NCBI GenBank assembly: GCA_963747235.1
Contig: CAVVEU010000013.1
Coordinates: 128,001-192,000, forward strand
DNA from: an uncultured Candidatus Rokubacteria bacterium
GTDB taxonomy: Bacteria > Methylomirabilota > Methylomirabilia > Rokubacteriales > CSP1-6
Direction: 5' to 3'
Length of the DNA stretch: 64,000 bases
Below are positions 56,364 to 64,000 of the stretch, piece by piece. The stretch's first letter is position 1. Each line of letters starts with the position of its first letter. The notes beneath the pieces are model-generated. The model ran no database searches. It saw nothing but the letters and a program-made list of their open reading frames with translations, and had not been told where the DNA came from. The position numbers and the translations under genes are program-made.

Positions 56364-56825
56364 CTAGGGGCGAGGCTTCACCTTCTCGAAGAGCGCCAGG
56401 TACTTGCCGTACCCCTCCGCTTCGAGCTTGGCGACGGGGATGAACCGCAGCGCCGCGGAGTTGATGCAGTAGCGCAGGCCGGTCGTGGCCGGGCCGTCGG
56501 GGAAGAGGTGCCCGAGGTGGGAATCGCCCTCCGCGGAGCGGACCTCGACGCGGCGCATGCCGTGAGAATCGTCGCCATGCTCCTTGACGGTCTCGGTCTC
56601 GAGCGGCCGATCGAAGCTCGGCCAGCCGGTACCGGAATCGAACTTGTGCAGCGACGAGAAGAGCGGCTCGCCCGTCACCACGTCCACGTAGATGCCCGCC
56701 TCGTGATGGTTCCAGAACTCGTTCCGGAACGGCGGCTCCGTGGCGCTGCACTGGGTAACGTTGTATTGTTCCGGGGTCAAACGGCTCTTCAGATCGGCGT
56801 CGGTCGGGCGCTTTGTGGTGGCCAT
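56364..56825 (-). CDS. msrB: Methionine-R-sulfoxide reductase
   Basis: [36 protein letters not shown]. Confidence 0.95.
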   Translation of the reverse strand: MATTKRPTDADLKSRLTPEQYNVTQCSATEPPFRNEFWNHHEAGIYVDVVTGEPLFSSLHKFDSGTGWPSFDRPLETETVKEHGDDSHGMRRVEVRSAEGDSHLGHLFPDGPATTGLRYCINSAALRFIPVAKLEAEGYGKYLALFEKVKPRP

Positions 56826-56858
56826 GGCACCAGTGAGTATAACCCCGGGAGGCAAGTC

Positions 56859-57758
56859 ATGAGTGACGAGATCAGCATCCAGTTCACCCGCTTCTCCGCG
56901 TTCTACTCCCCGCTGATCGCGACGATCGCGGGCGGCTTCCTCCAGCAGGAGGGGTTCGCGCCCAGGCATTCCATCGCGCCGCTGGGCAAGTCGGCCATCG
57001 ACGGGGTCGTGGCCGGCACCGTGCACGTGTGCCAGTCCGCCCCGTCCCAGGGTTTCGGGCCGCTCGAGAAGGGCCAGGCCCCGCCCGCGGTGCACTTCGC
57101 CCAGATCAACGAGATGGACGGCTTCTTCCTGACCGGCCGGGCCCCGGACGCCGGGTTCTCCTGGGACAAGTTGAAGGGCAAGCGTGTACTGGTGGACCAC
57201 GGCGGCCAGCCGATGGCCATGTTCAAGTACGCCTGCCACAAGAGCGGGCTCGACTTCGCGAGCATCGTGGCCGTGAACGTGCCGAGCGACCAGATGGACG
57301 CGGCCTTCCGGAAGGGCGAGGGCGACTACATCCACCAGCAGGGGCCCGCGCCCCAGCAGCTCGAGCACGACCGCGTCGGCCACGTCGTCGCCTCGGTCGG
57401 CCGGGCCATCGGGCCGGTGGCCTTCTCGAGCCTGGCCGCGACGCGCGCGTGGCTCGGCACCGACATGGCCCGGCGCTTCATGCGGGCCTACGGCAAGGCG
57501 CGCGCCTGGCTGCTGGCCACGCCGGCGGCCGAGGTCGCGAAGGCGGAGGCCTCGTTCTTCCCCGAGATCGACCCGGCGGTGCTCGCCGCGACGATCGGCT
57601 ACTACCAGAAGCTCGGCTGCTGGACGCCGCACGTCGAGATCACCCGGCCCGCGTTCGAGGTCGCGCTGGACGTGTTCCAGCACTCCAAGCTGATCACGCA
57701 GGCGGCATCGCTACGAGGACGTGATCGCGGCCCCGCCCATTGCGGGCTGACCGGTTGA
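56859..57758 (+). CDS. NitT/TauT SBP-fold protein without a signal peptide (paralog of 8947; probable frameshift at the 3' end)
   Basis: [32 protein letters not shown]; SD GGAGG. Confidence 0.8.
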   Translation: MSDEISIQFTRFSAFYSPLIATIAGGFLQQEGFAPRHSIAPLGKSAIDGVVAGTVHVCQSAPSQGFGPLEKGQAPPAVHFAQINEMDGFFLTGRAPDAGFSWDKLKGKRVLVDHGGQPMAMFKYACHKSGLDFASIVAVNVPSDQMDAAFRKGEGDYIHQQGPAPQQLEHDRVGHVVASVGRAIGPVAFSSLAATRAWLGTDMARRFMRAYGKARAWLLATPAAEVAKAEASFFPEIDPAVLAATIGYYQKLGCWTPHVEITRPAFEVALDVFQHSKLITQAASLRGRDRGPAHCGLTG

Positions 57759-58741
57759 TCTCGCGCCGGGCCTTCCTCGCGGCGTCGGCGGGAGGCCTGC
57801 TCTCGGCGCCGCTCGCGGCGGGGGCGCAGCCGGCCGGGAAGCTTCACCGGATCGGGTTCCTCGGCAACTCCACCGCGGCGCTCGAGGTCAATCTCGTGGG
57901 GCCGTTTCGCGACGGGCTGCGCGAGCTCGGCTACGTCGAGGGCCGTGATGTGGCGATCGAGTATCGCTGGGCGGAAGGCCAGTACGAGCGGTTCCCCGCG
58001 CTGGTCGCGGAGCTGATCGCGGCCAAGGTGGACGTGCTCGTCACCGCGGGCACGCCCGCCGCGCTGGCGGTGAAGCGCGCGACCACGACCATCCCGCTGG
58101 TCATGGTGGCGGTCGGCGATCCGATCGGGACCGGTCTGGTCAAGAGCCTGGCCCGGCCCGGAGGCAACCTCACCGGGCTGGTGTCGATCGCGCCGGACCT
58201 GGAAGGGAAGCGTCTGGAGCTGCTCACGGAGATCGTGCCGAAGCTCTCCTCCGTGGCGTTCCTCTCCAATCCCGCCAACCCGTTCCACGCGACCTCGGAG
58301 AAGCAGGCGCGCGCGGCGGCCAGGACCCTCCATCTGAAGGTGGAGTTCTTTCCGGTGCGGGCGGAGTCGGAGTTCGACCGCGCGTTCCTGGCGATGGGCG
58401 GCCAGCGGCCGGGCGCGCTCGTGATGCTCGCCGACCGCCTCTTCCTGCATCACCGGACGCGGATCGTGGAGTTCGCCGCGCAGCACCGGCTTCCGACGGT
58501 GTACGCGTACACGGAGCTGGTCGAGGCCGGGGGGTTGATGTCCTTCGGGCCGAGCTATCCCGGCATGCACCGGCGGGCCGCCTACTTCGTGGACCGGATC
58601 CTCAAGGGCGACAAGCCCGCCGACCTCCCCATGGAGCAGCCCTCGAAGTTCGAGCTGCTCATCAATCTCAAGACCGCGCGGGCGCTCGGCCTGGTGATTC
58701 CGCAGCCGGTCCTGCTGCGGGCGGACGACCTGATCCAGTGA
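57755..58741 (+). CDS. ABC_sub_bind family (putative Trp/Tyr-type) solute-binding protein
   Basis: SRRAFL signal, GLRELGYVEG, SLARPGGNLTG, GGLMSFG, PADLPMEQP, INLKTA. Confidence 0.9.
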   Translation: MISRRAFLAASAGGLLSAPLAAGAQPAGKLHRIGFLGNSTAALEVNLVGPFRDGLRELGYVEGRDVAIEYRWAEGQYERFPALVAELIAAKVDVLVTAGTPAALAVKRATTTIPLVMVAVGDPIGTGLVKSLARPGGNLTGLVSIAPDLEGKRLELLTEIVPKLSSVAFLSNPANPFHATSEKQARAAARTLHLKVEFFPVRAESEFDRAFLAMGGQRPGALVMLADRLFLHHRTRIVEFAAQHRLPTVYAYTELVEAGGLMSFGPSYPGMHRRAAYFVDRILKGDKPADLPMEQPSKFELLINLKTARALGLVIPQPVLLRADDLIQ

Positions 58742-58748
58742 TGCCGGG

Positions 58749-59990
58749 TTACCGTGACCCGGTCGGGAGCTGATCGAAGGGCAGATCGCGGTCCACGCGC
58801 ACGTCCTGGGGCAGGCCGAGCACGCGCTCCGCGATGATGTTGCGCAGGATCTCGTCGGTGCCCGCCGCGATGCGGCCGCCCGGCGTCGAGAGCAGCGATT
58901 CCTGGAAGGCCGCGCGCAGCGGCGCCACGTCCTTGTCCATGATCACGCCGCCCATGTCCAGGAGATCCATCGCGAACGAGGCGATCTCCTGCGCCTTGGG
59001 CGCGTTGACGAGCTTGCCGATGGAGTTCTCGGGCCCCGGCGTCTCCCCGCGCGAGAGCGCGGTCATGGTGCGGAAGCGGGTGAGGCGCACGCCCTGCGTC
59101 TTCACGTAGAGATCGGCCAGCCGCTCGCGCACCGCCGCGTTGGCGATGGCGGGGCCGTCCTCGAGCTGGGTCGCGCGGGCGAGGCCGAAGATCTCCTCGA
59201 AGTCGGGGCCGCGCAGGTCGCCGGAGGTGAGCCGCTCGTTCATGAGCGTGGTGATGGCCACGCCCCAGCCCGCGCCGACCGCGCCGAGGCGCTGGGTGTC
59301 GGGGATGCGCACGTCGGTGAAGTAGACCTCGTTGAAGTGCGACGCGCCCGAGATCTGCTTGATCCGGCGGGTCTCGATGCCCGGCGACTTCATGGACAGG
59401 AAGAAGAAGCTGAGGCCCTTGTGCTTGGCCGTCTTGGGATCGCTGCGCGCGACCAGGATCGCCCAGTCGGCCCAGTGCGCGCCCGAGGTCCAGATCTTCT
59501 GGCCGTTGATCACCCAGTCGTCGCCGTCGCGCTGGGCGCGGGTGCGGAGGCCGGCCAGGTCGGAGCCGGCGCCCGGCTCGGAGAAGAGCTGGCACCAGAC
59601 TTCGTCGCCGCGGAGCGCGGCGGGCGCATAACGACGCTTCTGATCATCATTGGCGTAGGCGAAGAGGGTCGGCATGCACATGCCGAGGCCGATCTCGAAG
59701 TAGCCGCGCGGGACCAGGAAGCGCGATTCCTCCTGCGAATAGATCACCTGGTAGATCGGGGGCAGGGCGCGCCCGCCCCACTCGGCGGGCCAGTGCAGCG
59801 CCGCGAACCCGGCCTCCGCCTTGCTGCGCTGGAAGGCCTGCGCGCGCTCGAGCCCGTCCCAGCCCTCGCGACCCGGGTAGCGGCTCTGCCAGGTCTCGAA
59901 GGCGCCGCGCTTGGGCTCGGCGTGGGCGCCGAGCCACTGCCGCACCTCCGCGCGAAACGCCGCTTCTTCCCGCGTGTCGTCGAAGTCCAC
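58749..59990 (-). CDS. Acyl-CoA dehydrogenase
   Basis: WCQLFSEPGAGSDLA, NGQKIWTS, FNEVYF, AGTDEILRN. Confidence 0.92.
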   Translation of the reverse strand: MDFDDTREEAAFRAEVRQWLGAHAEPKRGAFETWQSRYPGREGWDGLERAQAFQRSKAEAGFAALHWPAEWGGRALPPIYQVIYSQEESRFLVPRGYFEIGLGMCMPTLFAYANDDQKRRYAPAALRGDEVWCQLFSEPGAGSDLAGLRTRAQRDGDDWVINGQKIWTSGAHWADWAILVARSDPKTAKHKGLSFFFLSMKSPGIETRRIKQISGASHFNEVYFTDVRIPDTQRLGAVGAGWGVAITTLMNERLTSGDLRGPDFEEIFGLARATQLEDGPAIANAAVRERLADLYVKTQGVRLTRFRTMTALSRGETPGPENSIGKLVNAPKAQEIASFAMDLLDMGGVIMDKDVAPLRAAFQESLLSTPGGRIAAGTDEILRNIIAERVLGLPQDVRVDRDLPFDQLPTGSR

Positions 59991-59999
59991 GGTGCGCTC

Positions 60000-61112
60000 C
60001 TACGCCGCCCCGGCTTCGAGCCGGGTGACGAGCAGATCCTTCCAGCGACGGGCGCTGCCCAGCATGAGGCCGGTGAGCTTGGCGCGCCGGTAGTGGAGGT
60101 GGCAGTCGAACTCCCAGGTGAAGCCCATGCCGCCGTGGACCTGGATGTTCTCCTTGGCCGCCTGGTAGTAGGCCTCGCTCGCGGCCACCCGCGCCGTCGC
60201 CGCCGCGACGCCCAGCTCGGGCGCGTCCTTCGAGAGCGCCCAGGCGCCGTAGTAGGCGTTCGACCGCGCGAGCTCGATGCCCACGTACATGTCGGCCAGC
60301 TTGTGCTTGATGGCCTGGAACGAGGCGATCTGCCGCCCGAAGGCGAAGCGGCCGAGCGCGTACTCGCGCGCCATGTCGAGCGCGGCCTGCGCGCCGCCGA
60401 TCTGCTCGAAGGCCACGAGCACCGCCGCGCGGTCCAGCAGCCGCTCCACCAGCGGCCAGCCCTGGCCGGGCGCGCCCAGGGGCTCGGCCGCCGCGCTCTC
60501 GAGCACGAGGCGCGCGTGCGAGCGGGTCGGGTCCACGGTGGCGAGGCTCGTGCGCGTGACGCCGGGGCCGGTGAGGTCCACCAGATAGAGGCTGGCGCTG
60601 TTAGCGCCCTGCGCGGCGAGGACGATCGCGAAGTCGGCCACGTCGCCGTCCATCACCGGGACCTTCGCGCCGGTGAGGCGGGCGCCGTCGGCGCGCGTCG
60701 CCAGGTTGGCCGGCGTCGTCACCCGCGGGCCCTCCGAGAGCGCGAGGCAGCCGATCGCCTCGCCCTGCGCGATGCGGGGCAGCCAGCGCTTCTTCTGCGC
60801 GTCGCTGCCCGCGATGCGCAGGGCCTCGGCGGCCAGGTAGATCGTGGAGGCGAACGGGGTGGGGGCCAGGCTCCGGCCCAGCTCCTCCGCGATCACGCAG
60901 AGCTCGAGATAGCCGAAGCCGGCGCCGCCGTGCGTCTCGGGAATGGCGGTGCCCATCCAGCCCATCTCGCCCATGCCCTTCCAGAGGTCGGCATCATAGG
61001 GCGCGGCGCCCTCCAGGATGCGGCGGACGCGGGTCGAGGAGGCGTGCTCGCCGAGGAACTTGCGCGCCTGCTCCCGGAGCGATTTCTGGTCGGCCGAGAA
61101 GTCGAAGTTCAT
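60000..61112 (-). CDS. Acyl-CoA dehydrogenase (partner-subunit type)
   Basis: MNFDFS, EELGR, FGRQIASFQAIKH, QVHGGMGFTWE. Confidence 0.9.
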   Translation of the reverse strand: MNFDFSADQKSLREQARKFLGEHASSTRVRRILEGAAPYDADLWKGMGEMGWMGTAIPETHGGAGFGYLELCVIAEELGRSLAPTPFASTIYLAAEALRIAGSDAQKKRWLPRIAQGEAIGCLALSEGPRVTTPANLATRADGARLTGAKVPVMDGDVADFAIVLAAQGANSASLYLVDLTGPGVTRTSLATVDPTRSHARLVLESAAAEPLGAPGQGWPLVERLLDRAAVLVAFEQIGGAQAALDMAREYALGRFAFGRQIASFQAIKHKLADMYVGIELARSNAYYGAWALSKDAPELGVAAATARVAASEAYYQAAKENIQVHGGMGFTWEFDCHLHYRRAKLTGLMLGSARRWKDLLVTRLEAGAA

Positions 61113-61182
61113 GGCGGGAGGATCATACCAAAGGCGCTTGCGTTCAGTACTGCGTCTCTTACAGAATCGCCCCTCACCTGAA

Positions 61183-61217
61183 CCCCTCACCCTGCCCTCT
61201 CCCCTGAGGGGAGAGGG
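61183..61217. repeat. REP-like palindromic element CCCCTCACCCTGCCCTCTCCCC-TGA-GGGGAGAGGG
   Basis: Perfect 10-bp stem 61195-61204/61208-61217, preceded by CCCTCACC (also present at 61171). Confidence 0.7.
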
Positions 61218-61237
61218 AGATGCCAACGGAGGCGGAC

Positions 61238-62332
61238 ATGCGGGCGACGGCGGCGGTGCTCTACGAGGTCCGGAAGCCGGTGGTGGTGGAGGACGTGGAG
61301 GTGATGGACCCGGGACCGCACGAGGTGCTCGTGCGCTGGGCGGCCAACGGCGTCTGCCACAGCGACCTGCACGTGATCACCGGGGACTATCCCCATCCGC
61401 TGCCGGTGGTGCTGGGCCACGAGGCGGCCGGAGTGGTGGAGAAGATCGGGCCGGGGGTCGAGACGGTGAAGGCGGGCGATCACGTCTGCTCGAGCTATAT
61501 CCCGTCGTGCGGGCGGTGCGCGTACTGCATCGGCGGGCAGCCCACGATGTGCGCGCTGCGCGACAAGCCGCGCTGGTTCATGCACGACGGCACCTCCCGC
61601 ATTCACCGCAACGGCCAGCCCCTCCATCATTTCCTGCAGGTCGCGGGCTACGCGACCCACGCGGTGCTGCCCGAGCCGAGCGTGATCCCGATCCGCGCCG
61701 ACGCGCCGCTGGACGTCGTGTGCCTGGTGAGCTGCGGTGTGCTCGCGGGCGCGGGGCCCGTGTTCAACCGGGCCAAGGTGCCGCCGGGCGCCAGCGTGGC
61801 GGTGTGGGGCTGCGGCGGGGTCGGGCTGAACACGATCCAGGCCGCGCGCATGCTGGGCGCGGGCAAGATCATCGCGGTGGACGTGATGCGCCAGAAGCTG
61901 GCCTGGGCCGAGGAGTTCGGCGCCACGCACGTGGTGGACGCCTCCAGGGAGGATCCGGTGGCCGCGGTCCAGAAGCTCTCCGGCACCGGCGGCGTGGACT
62001 TCACCTTCGAGGTGGTGGGCACCCAGAAGACCATCGAGCAGGCGGTGCTGGCCACCCATCGCGGCGGCACGTGCGTGATCGTGGGCGTCTCGCCCGCGGG
62101 CACGCGCCTCTCGCTCGACCCGGGGCTCTTCGTGCAGCAGCGGGTGCTCACCGGCTCGTCCTTCGGGGGCGGGCACCAGCGCACCGACGTGCCGATGCTC
62201 ATCGACCTCTACATGTCGGGCAAGTACAAGCTCGACGAGCTGATCAGCCGCCGCTTGCCGCTCTCCGAGCTCAACGAAGGCTTCGACCTCATGCTGCAGG
62301 GCGAGGTCAAGCGCAGTGTGATCGTCTACTAG
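61238..62332 (+). CDS. Zn-dependent alcohol dehydrogenase (class III-like)
   Basis: CHSD, GHE, CGRCAYC...C, GCGGVG; SD GGAGG. Confidence 0.93.
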   Translation: MRATAAVLYEVRKPVVVEDVEVMDPGPHEVLVRWAANGVCHSDLHVITGDYPHPLPVVLGHEAAGVVEKIGPGVETVKAGDHVCSSYIPSCGRCAYCIGGQPTMCALRDKPRWFMHDGTSRIHRNGQPLHHFLQVAGYATHAVLPEPSVIPIRADAPLDVVCLVSCGVLAGAGPVFNRAKVPPGASVAVWGCGGVGLNTIQAARMLGAGKIIAVDVMRQKLAWAEEFGATHVVDASREDPVAAVQKLSGTGGVDFTFEVVGTQKTIEQAVLATHRGGTCVIVGVSPAGTRLSLDPGLFVQQRVLTGSSFGGGHQRTDVPMLIDLYMSGKYKLDELISRRLPLSELNEGFDLMLQGEVKRSVIVY

Positions 62333-63738
62333 CGGGGATCGATCGGGGTCGCCATCGGGGCGCGGGCCTCGATGGCGGCCGCGGCTTCGAGGCAGAGGTC
62401 TTCGCGGAAGCGGCCGGCGGTGATCTGCACGCCGGTCGGGAGGCCGTCCGCGACGCCGGTGGGCACCGACACCGCGGGCAGCCCCAGCACCGGCACCACG
62501 AGCTGCATGATCTGGGCGCTCATGATCCGCCGCGTGGTGTCCGCGTCCACCAGATCCAGGTTGACCGGGAACGCGGGCTCGTTGGAGGTCGGGGTCACCA
62601 CGAGCGGGCGGTCCTCCAGGAAGAGCTCCCAGAGGCGTAGCAGCCGATCGCGCTGCGCCAGGCCGTCGAGCACCTGGCGCACGTCGCGGGGCGGGTGTAC
62701 CGCGCGCCAGAGGCCGAGCGCCCGCTTGATCCCGTCGTCGCCGTAGGTCGCCGCGGCCGGCTCCAGCGCCGCGATCGTGTCCTCCATGGCGATGGCGGCC
62801 CAGAGATCGGCCACCGCGCCGAGCTCGGGCGGCTCGACTTCCTCGACCGCGTAGCCCGCGTCCTCGAGCCAGCGCCCGGCCTGTCGCACGGCGGCGGCCA
62901 CCGCGGGCGCGACGCCGCCGCGGCCGGCCGGATCCGCCACCAGCGCCACGCGCAGGGGCCGCTTCACCGGCGGGCCTTCGAGCGGCACGTCGGCGCAGCG
63001 CGGATCATTGGGATCGGGCACCGCCATCGCGGCAAAGGCCACCCGCGCGTCGCGCACGCGCCGGGTGAGCGGGCCCTGCACGGCCATGAGCTGGGCCGAG
63101 ATCGGCCGCGGCACGGAGGCGGTGAAGTTGTACGAGGGAATGCGGCCGTAGCTCACGCGCAGGCCGATCAGCCCGCAACAGTAGGCCGGGTAGCGCACCG
63201 AGCCCGCGATGTCGTTGCCGTGGCCGATCGCCCCGATGCCGCTCGCGGTGGCCGCGGCGGCGCCCCCGCTCGAGCCGCCCGGCGTGCGCGCGCGATCCCA
63301 CGGGTTCAGGGTCGCGCCGTGCAGCGCGTTGTCGGTGAACCAGCGCATCGAGAAGGCGGGCGCGTTGGTGCGGCCGATCACGATGGCGCCGGCCCGGCGC
63401 AGGTTGGCCACCACCGGGTTGTCGCGCGTGGCGACCAGATCCTTGAAGGCGACCACGCCGTTGTCGGTGGGGCAGCCGGCCTGGTCCACGTTGACCTTGG
63501 TGGTGATCGGCACGCCGTGGAGCGGCCCGACCGCCGCGCCGCGAACCAGGGCCTCGTCGGCGGCCGCCGCCTCGGCAAGCGCGGTCTCATGGAGCGGGCG
63601 CACCACCGCGTTGATCCGCGGGTTCACCGCGTCGAGCCGGGCGAGCGCGGCGGTCACCACCTCACGGCAGGAGACGTCCCGGCGACGGAGCATCTCCGCC
63701 AGCTCGACGGCGTCGAGGCGCCAGAGCTCGGCGGCTAT
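62329..63738 (-). CDS. Amidase signature family protein (start uncertain)
   Basis: GPLHGVPITTK, GGSSGG, DIAGSVRYPA. Confidence 0.9.
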   Translation of the reverse strand: MAAELWRLDAVELAEMLRRRDVSCREVVTAALARLDAVNPRINAVVRPLHETALAEAAAADEALVRGAAVGPLHGVPITTKVNVDQAGCPTDNGVVAFKDLVATRDNPVVANLRRAGAIVIGRTNAPAFSMRWFTDNALHGATLNPWDRARTPGGSSGGAAAATASGIGAIGHGNDIAGSVRYPAYCCGLIGLRVSYGRIPSYNFTASVPRPISAQLMAVQGPLTRRVRDARVAFAAMAVPDPNDPRCADVPLEGPPVKRPLRVALVADPAGRGGVAPAVAAAVRQAGRWLEDAGYAVEEVEPPELGAVADLWAAIAMEDTIAALEPAAATYGDDGIKRALGLWRAVHPPRDVRQVLDGLAQRDRLLRLWELFLEDRPLVVTPTSNEPAFPVNLDLVDADTTRRIMSAQIMQLVVPVLGLPAVSVPTGVADGLPTGVQITAGRFREDLCLEAAAAIEARAPMATPIDPR

Positions 63739-63803
63739 GGGGCGTGCGCACCAGAGCACCTGGAAGCGCCGGAGAGTCGCTCGGCCCGATGCGGCGCGGC
63801 GCG

Positions 63804-64000
63804 TCAGCGATGACCGGCCCGAAGGCGCGCCCAGCGCCGTCGGCTGGCGGCCCCCTCACGATGGCCCGGGTGCTCACGCGGCGCCTCCGGGCAGACCTCG
63901 GGAATGGTCTGGTCCAGCACCGAGACGATGCGGTCGATCTCGGGGCGGGTGAGGACGAGCGGCGGGGCCAGCACGAGGGTGTTGCCGAGGTGCGCGCCGC
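63804..64000 (-). CDS. 3' end of a class III aminotransferase (partial)
   Basis: GNTLVLAPPLVLTRPEIDRIVSVL on the minus strand. Confidence 0.7.
   Translation of the reverse strand, partial: GAHLGNTLVLAPPLVLTRPEIDRIVSVLDQTIPEVCPEAPREHPGHREGAASRRRWARLRAGHR

Noticed and set aside
53561-56825. Further selenoproteins among MsrB, DsbD and the redoxin (also AhpD at 41460)
   Set aside because: All of their catalytic positions are ordinary Cys codons; no in-frame TGA

Overview
Very GC-rich (roughly 70% or more by eye) bacterial contig packed with catabolic and housekeeping genes: hydrolases, CaiB CoA-transferases, orphan solute-binding proteins, LLM oxidoreductases, a Uma2 nuclease, IorAB, an AllFGH/FdrA-type cluster with a BMP-family ABC importer, an MsrB-DsbD redox operon and acyl-CoA dehydrogenases. 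The content resembles Candidatus Rokubacteria/Methylomirabilota (inference; no marker gene is present). About half of the genes carry single-base indels, most likely long-read consensus errors, so many entries in the ORF track are chimeras. I saw no rRNA, tRNA, CRISPR array or transposase. Best signals: (1) a selenoprotein hidden by an in-frame TGA (WASW-U-GC, 45979-45981) with a SECIS-like hairpin, followed by an LLM oxidoreductase; (2) a trypsin-like protease with a probable nuclease fusion, absent from the ORF track (1-1317, minus), with an internal in-frame SD+ATG; (3) many apparently leaderless promoters; (4) two paralogous SBP-fold proteins without signal peptides; (5) a rearranged, split oxamate-carbamoyltransferase-like cluster; (6) a decayed cysteate synthase/LysR locus. 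All family assignments are from motif recognition only; no database search was run.
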